Source: Macrostomum lignano
Lineage: Eukaryota
Length of the DNA: 64,000 nt
Reading direction: 5' to 3'
Assembly (NCBI GenBank): GCA_002269645.1
Contig: NIVC01002036.1
Location: 124,001 to 188,000, forward strand
Below the pieces are notes generated by a model, which ran no database searches, was not told the origin of the DNA, and saw only the letters and a list, made by a program, of their open reading frames with translations. Of the stretch, positions 46,863-59,486 are shown in pieces. The first letter of the stretch is position 1, and each line of letters opens with the position of its first letter. The position numbers and the translations under genes are program-made.

Positions 46863-47629
46863 CTCGCTTCCGCTCTAGATTGCTAATTATAGAACTCCTT
46901 GGCAGAGGCTACTTAGCATTAGCAACGAGTACACCATTTTACCTCCTATTTTGAACAATTTTTTTCTTGCATTTTTCCTATGGTACTTACTGGCTTCATT
47001 GTCCCTAAAAATGTACTAACTTTTTTGAATATTTAAGAAAAATGAATTAAAGAAACTGTTTTAGCCCAATTTGGAGCTGCTTAGCTCCAATTTTGTGCCA
47101 ATCAGTTGTGAAAAATTTGTGCCATACAGTGGCGAAAAATTCTTGCCATTGCTGAAAAATTTGTGCATTTGCGCCTCATTTGTGCCAGGTGCAAATTTGC
47201 ACCTCACTAGGACCACTGACTATAATGCTTAGCTGATGAGTTTCATAGCATTTTTTAATTGCCTTGAAAAAATGCTATATTTATTATTTTTTGTTTTGCC
47301 ATGGTACCTTACTGAAACTAAATGTAATATAATATAAAAACATAAGTTTCAAAACACAGTATAAAAAGGTCATTTATTTTTGCAATATTGGCCTAGATTT
47401 GAGTGTTGGCATATTGCATGCACTTAATTTTTCAGGCATATATTTGTAGCTATTTAATTTTTGTGCAGGCTTGCACCCAGTATGATCTGGACTACAGCAA
47501 AAAGAGTTGTAACTAAGCTGACTAAATGTGACTAAGGTAACTAATCTTTCATTTTGTTCTAATATTTGATTTATATATTTATTAACAATGGTAGATTTGG
47601 AGAAGAGGCATACAAGGTATGCACCACCG

Positions 47630-49916
47630 TGGTAACAGTCCAATTCAGTAATAGCCACTTTAGTAATAGCCATTTTAGTAACACCACTTTAGTAACAAGT
47701 GGAAATAACAGTAAATATATAGCAAAATCTAAAAATATGGGATAAAATGGTAAAACAAATCTGTGGATATTTGATAGAAAGTAATGTATCTAAAAAGCTT
47801 TTTGAAAGACAAATGAGTCTTTAAAAAGTTCTAGATAAAAACTTTATGCTTTGTATTGTTCAATAAATGAGTAAAAAAACCACAAAAAACATTTTAAAAG
47901 TCTGAGTTGACTGTGTCACAATTTTTGTTTTACTTTTTTCACTAATAAACAATTAATTTTAGGACTGGTAGACCTTAAAGAAAGCTATTTTTACTATTTA
48001 CAAAACAGAAAGTATTCTATGGTTTGCTTTTCATTTTATTCAAAAAGATGAAAGATTTCTAAGTTTATCTAAAACTATATAAACTCACAAAAATTCATAC
48101 TAATTTAAAATGCAAAGCTTGATAATAAACATTTCTCTTTAAAGTAGATATACTGCTCATTCCTTGCTGCAAAATAATCTTCAAGTTGTTTTCTTTCATT
48201 TAAATATCAGCTTGTATAATATTAGTGTATGTCATATACCTATATTAAGACTTAATTTGCTTTAGTAGAAGCTGAGTAAAATGTAATTTTCTGATCCCTG
48301 ATGGGAATTCCAATGTGTTACCTAGCTTTCAAATCAGATGCTTCCTGTATGCTTATTAAGCAACAAAGAACAATGAAATTATACTTAAATAAATATGTAT
48401 CATTGCAGCATATATATAGGGAGAAAAATAATTTTCCAAACTGCTTTAGTAGAAGCTAAGTAAAATACAATTTTCCTATCCTTACAAGAGATGTGTATGC
48501 TTAATAATAAACTTATATTGAATCCATTAATTGCAGACAAACTTTTACATAACCTTTGAAACTTTGAATAAACCCTTGAAAAGTATGTTAAATATGTTCT
48601 AGCATTATAGAATGTAAATTTAGGATACTTAAAGCTAATAAATACATTATTAGAGCTTTTCTATCATTTCATTAAGTCATTTTAGTCATAATTTAATTGA
48701 TCATTTTAACAAATCATTTCATTAAAGATAAGGCTATATGTAAATAATTTGTGCTTTTATAGATGTTTTTTAACTTTTTAAACTAAACTAAATTTATTTT
48801 ATAGCTTTATTGTTTTCAAAACACAAAAATTGAATTTTTTAAAAAAACTTGCTCTTAATTTTCTTTCTTTTGCTATATTGATTGATATGCTCTAAAAAGA
48901 TTTTGCAAACAAACTTTAAAGAAAGAATGACAAAAATAATTGAGATATATTCTCACAAAATTTGAGATTTGGATTGATGCGAAAACTATATGTATATTAA
49001 TATACCTGTATTTTTATTCTAATTTCTAGGTATATCAGATGCATATAAGCTGAAACAACCTATTGACTAAATATTATAAACATCAGAATCTCTGAGTTAG
49101 TGACTTCATTTATCAAATCTACTTTTTCTTCATTTATAATTACTTAATTCAAAATTTCTATTTCTAAACTATTGCATATTTTACACTTCAGATCATGTAG
49201 TATATGCCTAAAAATTTGGGTGTGCATTGGCCTTGCACTCCAAAATTAGGCATGCATCACTCTTAAAAAAATAATATGCATGCACACCTGATATGCACTT
49301 TATAGAATCACACATATTAGTTATTGTAAAGTAGAAAAAATTATTTTTTAAGCATAAATTTTAAGCTTTCTAGTTTTTTTAAGCTTGTAAAAAAGCATTG
49401 ATTGAAACAAATCTTTGTATGTATTAATTTTCTACTATAAATAGTATTGCCAAAAAAGCATAAAAATCAATCAAATTATCTGCTAATAAATGTCTATTAT
49501 GCAATTCAAAAAGGTCATTTATTGTCATAACATAAAAAAGGTCATTTATTGTTGCAACAGTATATATTTGAAAATAAGCATACACTAATTTTTTGGCATG
49601 CATTTGTAATCATTCAATTTTTGTTTAGACATACACCTAATATGATCTAGATTATAGTGTATATTGATATTGTTCTTTGCCATCTATAAAATTTTTTCCA
49701 AAGTTTAGGCACAAATTTAGACAAATTATAATTTAGTTTAACTAGAAAGTTAAACCATACTTGGAAATAAAATTTTTCAAAAGTTAATTATTAAACTAAT
49801 AGTTATTAATGTTAATTACCATGAAAATATAATGTTAATAATATTAGTTATAAATTTGCTTTGTTACCAAAGTGGTTGTTACTAAAGTGGCTATTACCAA
49901 AGTGGATTGTATTTCC
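47630..49916. mobile_element. Non-autonomous AT-rich element bounded by inverted arrays of about 15-bp subunits
   Basis: The left array (gccactttagtaata...) at 47630-47700 is mirrored by ttgttaccaaagtgg/ttactaaagtggc at 49861-49916. No coding remnant recognised. Confidence 0.55.
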
Positions 49917-52067
49917 CCCTATTGCATTAGATTTTATTTATTAATATACATTATCATACATATAGATATGACAAAATCCAAACACATGGAATAAAATAGT
50001 AAAACAAGTCTGCGGACATTCAATAGAAGGTAATATATCTAAAAAAGCTTTTTGAAAGACAGATAGGTCTTTAAAAAATAGTTTTGTAAACATAAATCAC
50101 TGAAACATCTTATCACCAAAACGACTGGTACCCATAAGATACTTAAAGTTAATAAAATACATTATTATAGCTTTTCTATCATTTTTATTAGAGTCATTTT
50201 AGGTTGTAATTAAACTTACCATTTTAACAAATCATTTTATTAAAAGTAAAACTATATATAAATAATTTCTGCTTTTAAAGACTTTTTAGGCCCTCCTACC
50301 TTTTTAAAACTTATATAAATTTATTTTATAGCTTTATTGCTTTCAAATTGCCAAAAAACAAATTTTCATAAAACTTGCCCCCAATTTCTGGATTTCGCCA
50401 TGTAGTATATATATGATACATACATGTACCTTGTCCTTAGCCATCTATACCCTTGTTAAAAATGTGTATAACTTTTTTAACTTTTTTGGACACATCTAAC
50501 TCTTTTTGCAACATTTTAAGTGTTGTAAAAATAAAGTATTGGAAGATGTGTCCGAAAATGTGTTGGCAAAAGTTTTAAAGTTATATAGATAGGTCATTCA
50601 AAATTCTCTGGATCTGTAGGCCTACCTGTTGCTGTTAATTACCTAGCAATAACAGACAAGTTGCAAGGACATGAAATTTGTATAAATTAGTTTACAAAAG
50701 TATACTATAACAGACTTCCAAATGCCTTACCTGTTTTGCTTTAGCTAATGCAGCTTCAAAAGTTGGGTTGCTCATTTTTCCAGCTAGAAAACTTGGAGTC
50801 TATTTGTCTATATAAATTTAAGTTAAAATTAGAAACAAAATTTGACTTTGTTTCACCTGAGTTTGTTGACTAATGTGGGTCAATTCGATCGAGCTGAGAG
50901 AGATCAAAATGATTATGGGTGAATCACGAGTCTCAATTTGCGGACCTACACTCTGGATTACACTGGTGTGAAGTTAGCACAATGTAAACTGATCAAGACA
51001 AAACTACTACTGATTAAACCTAAGCAATTGTTAGAGCTTAGAAACAATATATTAAGCTTATTTAAATTATTAATTAGGCTTAAAGTTAAAAAAGTTCAAA
51101 TTTATCATCTTGTTTAGTACGCATTAGTTTTACTTGCTACAGTTGTCATTTAAAAATTTACAAATGCCTTTTTCCAAGAATAGTGGACGAGTGCATTGCA
51201 TTGAGGCCGAGGGTTCATAATAGAATTTTTTTGGTCTACTAAAATGGTCAATGGAACACTGACTGCCCAATCCTGAACGCTGAAACACTGTTTGTTATAT
51301 AGTATTTGCAACGAATAGATCATCCTATTCATAATATTTCAAAAACCTTTTTTGCTAAGAAGCCACATTTTGATCATTGATCCTGACTGATGACTCGTGA
51401 TAATTATTTAGTCCTGCTACTGCTAGCAGATTTTGATTTTGTCTAGAAAATGTCGGCTAGCAGATTTTTTATAGCTAAGTTCGTACTCTCACAATTTCAG
51501 GCAGAGCAGAATTCATAGGGAAAATGAAAATTGAAGTTCATTTTTCAACAGTAGGCCTAGTGCAACCAGAAATTTGTTGAGGGGAGAGCACATTCTGGAG
51601 AGTAAAGACCCGCGGGGGCGGCAGAGGGGTGGCTCTGTTTTTGGCAAAAATTTGTTTGGCCTCCCTTTGATTTTTTAAGGTCTCCACCTAAGAAATGCAA
51701 TATACCTCCCCTCCTAATGGCTATGGCTAGTTATGCCACTGAATTTTCATGTCATTTTATGCCCATTGGCCCTAGTCATTTTTATTAATAATAGGCCTTA
51801 GGTCTAGTCTAGTATATTTTTTTGGCTATTTATGCTATATACTACTAAACTAATCAATCATTTGTCTTTAGTTTTGGGATCTAGTAGGCAATCTCAATAG
51901 GCCAATGCTATGATATCTTGTCTTTTTAAGCTATTGTGTTATGTCTTGAATTTAAAATAAGCTGCACATTGCACAAGTTGTTAAGTAGTGCTCCAAAATA
52001 ATTGCATACTTCTTATGCTCTAGACCTCTTAAGGTTCTTTTATATTTTAGCTTGCTATACAGTGGGC

Positions 52068-55000
52068 TTTAAAATGGTAACCAGTCATTTTGCCTATAAA
52101 CCGTTTTGGCCATGAACATTTCACCCCCTGACCATTTTGCCCATAGACTGTTTTGGCCATGGACCATTTCACCTCTAATTTAGACCATGCAGGGTTGAAA
52201 TGAACAAAGTCATGAGCTGAGAGTTTGCGAAATGAGACGAAAGTGCCAAGAGCACTGAAAAACAACAATACGATTTATTATAAGCGAGGTTCAAATGTAG
52301 CCACCCCTACTTCCAGGGCTAAAACACCAATAATCTGCATGACCTATATTCAATATATATTAAAATCACAATAGAGCAGAGATCTGCAAAGAATGTGAGC
52401 TGCGGACCATGAGCATTAAGCACATGCACTCCACTGGTATCACAAGTTCCTCAGTCTCAACATTTCTGTCTGGCACTTCTACCGTTACTTTTGCTAAGTA
52501 ACTGGTTTGTTTTTGCATTAACATCTGCTCCGACATAGACTCAGCTTGCCTGAAGATTGAAATGACTTACATGTACAGCAGTTTTTTACTTTACTTGATC
52601 ACAGTTTTACACTTTGTGCTTTGATTCTCAGTTTTGGTGACAAATCTTAATTATTCTTTTAGTATTTATGGCCTTACCTTGCCTTGTAACCAAAACCCCT
52701 TTCAGCTCCTCCTTGATTGAAATGGCTTTTATATAGCATTTTTACTTTAAAATACTTTATCTTGGTTTTACACTTTGTGCTTTAATTGAAACTGAGAAAC
52801 CCTTTCTCACCCTCTGATTGTACAAATTGGCTTTAATTGTTGCACATTTGAAAGGAATGACTTTAAAAAAGCTCATAATAATTCACAATCGTAATAAACA
52901 AACTCGCAACAATGCAATAGCACAATTGTTGTGGCAACAATTCAGATAATATTTTATTACAAATTAAAACTAAAAATTAGCATTGAAAAAAGAAAATAAA
53001 GATACATGTATGGCTGTATCTCTAAAATATATAATGACCATTTTGGCCGAAATGCCCATTGCCCAAAATTTCTCCTCATGGCAATGACCCATGGCAATGG
53101 CCGGCCATTGCCTAGAATTCCAATTTCAATGCAACCAATTAATTCAAGCCAGTTTTTATCCAGCATCTTGCAAAGCGTATCTTGCATCAGTCAATTCAAA
53201 ATGTTTATTTTAAGATGTAAATAATTAAACTGGCATAGGAATTGCAAAATCGACAGTACAAAAAGCACAGTGTCAATATATCATGTAAATTTTTGTCGGT
53301 GATGAACATCATACTGGTCAAGCAAAGTACTAAAAGTCATTAAATAAAAAATATTAAACTAGACTGTCGTTCTTATTCTTTCAGTAATTCTACGAGTACA
53401 ATTTGCTGATTCCTGTAGAAGTAAAAATTGCATGCCTAATTAAAGGAACATCCGTGAAAGGTGCAATTGTTGAAGGCAAACTTCGTACCAACAGAATAGG
53501 CAGCTTCAGTGCTAACACTAACCTCCGTCAATACTGCAGTCTCACTGACAATCTCAACAGCATCAGCATGTTCAGGTGGCCCAGCTTCTTGCTCTAGATC
53601 ATGACAATTCAATGCCACCTGAACAGACTCACTCGTCTTTTGAAGCGACTGGTTGGACGCTTGGCTAAGTACCTCCTAGTCGTTCGCTCGCTCAGCTGTC
53701 CAGTAATGCTCATTATATTGCTCATGCTGTGCCCTGTCGCCTCGAGATCGCATATTCGCGTGACCCTGTTTTAGAGTGCAAATTTATATAGTTGGATTCA
53801 TGAGTAATTGGTAACATAACATGTATCATAACATAATAAGTTACTATTATTAATTTATCAGTCTTACCAAATGCAATGATTCGTGTAGGTCTTCGCAAGT
53901 CCCACCTTCGTACTCAAGTTTCTCATGAAGCCACTCAGATAATTCTCTCCACCGTTCTGCTTCGAGAAGAAAACAGGGCCTCCATCATTGCGGCTGGCCA
54001 AAGGATGAGAAAACAGATTGTTGTCCTTTGTTGTAACTGGAAGCAGCTTGAGGTATTTCTCCACCTTTTCCACGTCATAAATTCTGGCCTGCTTGTTGTC
54101 CGGCTGCTTCTTGGCCTTCTCTGGATCTGCTGACTTATTTTTCGAGGGCAATGGAGGCAGACAGTAGTACAGCTTTCCATCAGAGTCGACGTGCAATTGA
54201 AGTGAGCTTCTATCCTTCAAGAACTTGAGGTGCTCCTGGCCTCGCTTGCCAAAGCTGTATATGATGTAGAATAAGAATTTGTCCTGCTCAACTTCAGCTA
54301 TGCTGCCTTGGAAGTAGATCATCAGCTTCCTCATGTCCCCCTCCTCGATTGGCTCAAACTGCTGCATCATCCCACCACTCTGGTGAAAGTCTCAAACCTC
54401 CACACGCAGCATGCTATTTGCAGAAGAAAAGTCTTCTCCACTGATGATGTCAACAGTTAGCTTCTCGATCATCCGCAAATAGCACTGCAGTCCAGCCCTG
54501 ATGCATACCAGCGATGCGGGCAAGTAGGGTTTGCCGTCAATCTTCTTCAGTTTAAAGTAGAAGTAGCAAATGTATTGGTTGAGCACCGAATTCCGAATGG
54601 TTTGTAAATTGCGCTGAAGATTTTCCTCTGTGAGGAATGTCTTGAACTGCTGTCCATGGCACTGATATCTACGCCACCTTCCTGCAGGAGTGGCAGATGC
54701 TCATCAGGCTCGGGCTCCTTTTGAATGAATTCAAGAAATCTAGCGAACTCGTCGTCCCTTCTGTCATTGTAAGAAGCCTCCAAAACAAAATTCAATTCGT
54801 CCTTGGTCACATTGCCCAGCTCACTGCAAGGCAAATGCTTCCAATTAATGAGTGGTGCCTCCATCTCTGCAGCCATCCGCTTTTCTCTATCTGAGATTTG
54901 ACCTCTAGACATGCAAATATTTGTATTTGTAATTAATTTAGGGGTGGGTGCAGAGTAAGGGGTGGGTGACTTCAGGTGCGCGACCTAAAGGTGAGACATA

Positions 55001-55278
55001 GGCGAGGTGGAGGTAACCTTATCTCAAACCCCCTTAGCAGCATTGACTGATAAGAATTCACGATAGTGTACATAAAGTGCATAGATTACATAAGAGTTTT
55101 GAAATTTAAAGCAATGATGCGTGCGGCGGTAGCCACGAGTGTCAATTAGGCCATTGCCTTAAACTCTGACTTCCAATGAACCCTCCATTGCCAAACTGGT
55201 TTATGGGCAAAATGTTCTAGGGGCAAAATGTCCATGGCCGAAATGGTTTGGGGGCAAAACAACCGGAATTCTTTAAAA
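52068..55278 (-). mobile_element. Crypton-type (tyrosine recombinase) element, decayed
   Basis: Direct repeat TTTAAAA at 52068-52074 and 55272-55278. Imperfect inverted repeats of about 85 bp lie just inside (52081-52170 vs 55185-55266). Contains a YR pseudogene. Confidence 0.7.
53613..54912 (-). pseudogene. Crypton/DUF3504-type tyrosine recombinase pseudogene with one intron (53867-53766)
   Basis: KKIDGKPYLPASLVCIRAGLQCYL, FGKRGQEHL, PSKNK, TYTNHCIW, then SITGQLSERTTRRY after a GT-AG intron. Lesions: a frameshift between about 54720 and 54640, in-frame TGA at 54392-54394, HxxR changed to HCIW, and TGH changed to TGQ. Confidence 0.85.
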
Positions 55279-56006
55279 CTGGTAACTGTCTCTTGGCTTC
55301 ATGCAAGCTTATAGATAAAAGCAAAACAATCCAAACTTACAACATAAATACAAGTACACAGTTGTCACATTATATTATATTATATAATTTGTATTGCATA
55401 GGTGCAGTCTATTATAGGCCTAAAAAAAGGATAATATGTAGATATTAACTATTCATCTAATATGAGACAAAAAATATAGCTTTTATTTGTCTAGTATCGG
55501 ATAAATATTAAATATATAGAAAATTGTTCCTATAAAATTATAAAGGTTAAAACTAGTAGCATTCATTCATTTCTACTCTCCTGCTCATTAAATAAAGGGC
55601 TTAAATGATCTTGGTTATTCATTATTTTTGCCAATATTATTAGATAGAGAACTATATTTTCCTATAACCTTTTAGCATTTGTTTATTTTGTCTAAAATTT
55701 GTCATATCTAATAAACTAGTTTCTTTTAGCTATATTTGAAGCTATAATGGAACTCTATTGTTAAAATATTAACTATATTGTAGAATAGTTTTTTAATTTC
55801 AAATCAAGCTTTTTATGTGTATTTTTTGAAAAAAAGTAATAATTACTTTAACATCATATATACTAGACTCAGCTTTGACATATTATTGGATACAATATTG
55901 ATATTGTTCATGGCTACATAGCTTTGATAGCTCTTTAAAGTGCAGTAACTTTTTTCAGTGCAAGTAACTCAATAATCTAGCAGTTCAATTAGCTGCAACA
56001 GTCAAC

Positions 56007-56788
56007 ATGGACTGGCTCATTGGCAAAGCTCGTGGCAAGCCAGGAGGCGCTGCAATTGCTTCTAATGGCAATTCTGGCTCCAATTCTACAGCTGGGCCAG
56101 ACGAGTCCAGACTCTATACCCAGACTGAATATGCGTCCAAGCAGATCTCACTGAGTGCAGATCTGGACAGCCTTCTCGACCAGCCACTGCTGCTCCAGCA
56201 GAACGAATGGATCGCCACTCACGTGACTGCCCTGTATGAAAATGTTGGCACCCTGTTTGAGGCTGTGTTCGATTTTTGCACCTGCGATCGGTTTACTGGC
56301 CCTGGAGGCGTCAATTTTGGAGTTACTGAGGAGAAAGCAAAGAAGGTGAGAGACCCGCAGGTGTTTAAATCATACCTGGGTTCATGGCAGCTCAACTCAT
56401 GAATGAAATCTTCAATTAACTCGAACTCTGGTGTCTCCAGGCCCGCGCCAACGCCCGCAACCAGATCGACAGCGCCCTGGCCCAGTGCCAGGAGCTGCTC
56501 GGCCAGTTCCCCACCCGCTACGGCCAGGCCTTCCTGCACGACCTGCACTCCGCCTCTGGCTGCGTGCTGCGCCACCTGCTGCACATTCTGGCGCACATCT
56601 ACTCAGCGCATTACGACGCCGTGCTGCGCCTCGAACTGGTGCCGCACCTGAACACCGTGACCAGGCACTGCCTGCTGTTCAATGCCAAGTTCCGCATTGT
56701 TGAAGACCGCGAGCTCGACCACCTGGCCGACCTGCAGGCGGCTCTCATTGGCGGCGCCAGTGCGGCTGCTGGCGGCCGCAGCCTTTGA
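56007..56788 (+). CDS. MOB2: MOB kinase activator 2-like, 2 exons (56007-56345, 56441-56788), 228 aa
   Basis: MDWLIGKARGKP (MOB2-type N-terminus), NEWIA, FPTRYG, RHLLHILAHIYSAH and LELVPHLNT. Phase-0 GT-AG intron. Confidence 0.88.
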
Positions 56789-57464
56789 TCTTTCTGCCAG
56801 GCTGTCGGTGTTTCTTTTGATCTGTTCTGATTCTAATCAGAAACTCAGTGTTTAGTTCTATTTGGAGCTCAAAGCGGCATCTCTTTTGATCTTTTTTGTG
56901 AAGCTATTGATAAGCCTGATATTCAGGATTCAGATAACAGCGATCGACAGTCGTAGTTCTACATTTTGCTTTTTTGTAAAATAATCTTCTATCTTATTGG
57001 AATTGGGCAGATTACAGGTAGCTCAAGCTGAATTCCTAAGTGACTTTGCGACTTTCTCATGCTTTTTTACGAGCGTATTCTGAGTCAACAGTTTTTCTCT
57101 ATTCTCTTGTTTTTAGACTTTTATTTAAAGCAAGCGTTTGCTAGATAGAGCATGTCCTTTTGAGTCTCCACAACTCCTTCGCGCGGGATTTAATCCTCCT
57201 GTCTAACCAGCTCACTCGGGCTTGGCTTGCAATATGGCCTCGTCAACAGTCGGATCTCTCACGCCTTTGTTTTGATTTTTCTATTCTGGCATTATTTTGC
57301 GATAATTTTTCTCTATTGCCTCATGTTTTCTGTTGTACAGATTATCACGGTAGATTTGTTTGAAGTATTACGATAATTATAGCTGCTCACTTTGTCTCGC
57401 TGGGCTGCTGCTTTGCTTTGTATTGAATACGACCTCTCCAAACCTCTCATCTCAATCCGTCCCT

Positions 57465-57850
57465 GTGCATCTCATCTTCCTCACCTCTCATCTCCCTCAC
57501 ATATCTCCCTCCTCATATCTTATCTGTCTCCTTACATCTCATCTCCCTTCAAATCTCATCTGTCTCCTCACATCTCATCTCCCTTCACATCTCATCTATC
57601 TCCCTTCACATCTCATCTATCTCCTCACATCTCATCTCTCTCCCCACATCCAATCTCTCCTCACATCTCATCTCCCTTCACATCTCATCTCCCCACATCC
57701 AATCTCTCCTCACATCTCATCTCCCTTCACATCTCATCTCCCCACATCCAATCTCTCCTCACATCTCATCTCCCTTCACATCTCATCTCTCTTATATCTC
57801 ATCTCTCTCCTCACATCTTATTTCCCTTTCCTTCCATATCATTTCAGATC
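57465..57850. repeat. CT-rich minisatellite (cacatctcatctccctt-type units) downstream of MOB2
   Basis: Tandem degenerate units. Confidence 0.9.
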
Positions 57851-58404
57851 TCATTTCTCGCCTCACCTGCTCTCATCAAACTCAATTTGCAGTGAATTGC
57901 AATCCTTCCAGCAATAATTTTGCTTAACTGCTCCAGCAATAACCCGAGCTGCTGATTCAAGAAACCAAGTTAAACAGAAATGAATATCTGCTTGCATATG
58001 TTAGCGTATTGTTAGCTGCGACACTGTGCTTCATCTCGGCTCTGCGGCAGGCAATAAATAAATAATTTTTACCGTCTCCCAGTCTGTCATTATCCCGCAC
58101 TGATCAGCTGCTGTCATTCTTCATCTCACTATCGCGCAGTTTGAACAGATCGGTTTTTAATACAATAAATAGACCGCATTGCGTATCGCTTACCTGATTA
58201 GAGCTCTTATTAATAATATTTACTGTTACTGTTTCTGCAGTACTTAGTCAAACATTTACAAATTACATTAGTGTTGTTTCTGCTTTATTTTACTAATAAG
58301 TTTCAGGTGATCTTATACTCGAATGCCGGTAGGAAGTCCTGGGGCCGAACGAGCTGACAAGATAAAGTTGGCTTCAATTAAGCTACTGGTAATTATAACT
58401 GAGG

Positions 58405-58723
58405 GTCGCTTTCACAAACCCTAAATTTCACAACGTCGCAAGACGCAAACTTTCATAAGCTCTAAATTTCGAAAACAAAACTTGCATCAGACTGCAAAAA
58501 CTATAAATTTCACAAGCCGTAAATTTCACATTATTCGGAGATACAGAAGGATTGTAGAAGAAAGATTGTATCTCCATAGTGTTTTTAGGCGTTGTGAACT
58601 TTAGGGCTTGTGAAATTTAGGGCTTTTGAAATTTAGGGCTTGTGAAATTTAGGTGTTGTGAAATCTGCTGCATTGCTTATTTTCGATGTTGTGGAAATTA
58701 GGGTTTATGAAATATAGGTTTGA
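58405..58723. mobile_element. MITE-like element made of inverted arrays of a 16-bp subunit (ccctaaatttcacaag / cttgtgaaatttaggg)
   Basis: Left-half units are mirrored by right-half units; about 760 bp upstream of the ankyrin-NTase ATG. Confidence 0.6.
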
Positions 58724-59486
58724 CTAGCAATCTACGCCCCCCGTTGGGGAGCCAAAGAAATGCATTTAAATTCTTTAAATGTAGCTCGTTACATTATCTA
58801 GGGAATTTATAATTTCAAAAACTGATTCGGTGTAAAATGCTTTTGATATTAGTCAAATATTAGTATCCATGCCCAACCTTAAAGGTACGCCATGTCTTCA
58901 CTGGAGTCTGCACTCCAGCTGCAATATTGAGAGAAAGAGGCGCATTCAAGATCGTCACTGAACTGCGCAGTGGCGAACGCAAAACCTGCAATCTGATGTT
59001 TCCATTGCTGCGAGCTCTGCTGCACTCCACAGTTTAAATTTCCAGATGAAAATATTTTTGTTTTATCATTTCTGGCAAACAGTTAACTAGATGGCCTTCG
59101 TACTTCAACTAATTATTCTGAAAAGCATTTAGCACAGGAGAAAAGACAGAAAAGTTCTTCGTAAAAATAATGTACGCGTCCTAATTTTAGATCCACTGTT
59201 TACGGCATACTTGCACTGAGGGTGCAGTAAATTGGGGTTGACAAAACTAAGCAAGCCAATTGTACACTATCAGAGTACTCTTGGCTTGTAGGCAACGCGT
59301 ACCACAATAAAATGCTCATTCCAAACTGGAAGTACGCCACTCAGTTTGCAAAATATTGTAGCTTGAGGAAGCCGTTCATGATTTTTATTGTTCTCTCACC
59401 TCAAGCATAAATAGAGTAGTTGTCCCGTGCTCATTGCAAACGTTTCTGCTTGAGCTGCTCACTCTATCTTAGGTTAAATTTAAAAA

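Noticed and set aside
51140-51340. Short open frames, one with a CSIDHF motif reminiscent of THAP
   Set aside because: Too short, lacks the other THAP residues, and has no splice or start support.
872-56788. Functional clustering of centriolin (Nud1/Cdc11-like scaffold) with MOB2
   Set aside because: They are 31 kb apart with unrelated genes between, and the Nud1 pathway uses Mob1 rather than Mob2. There is no evidence beyond coincidence.
58590-58650. TTTAGGG as telomeric repeat
   Set aside because: It occurs only as part of a 16-bp MITE subunit, not as contiguous telomeric repeats.
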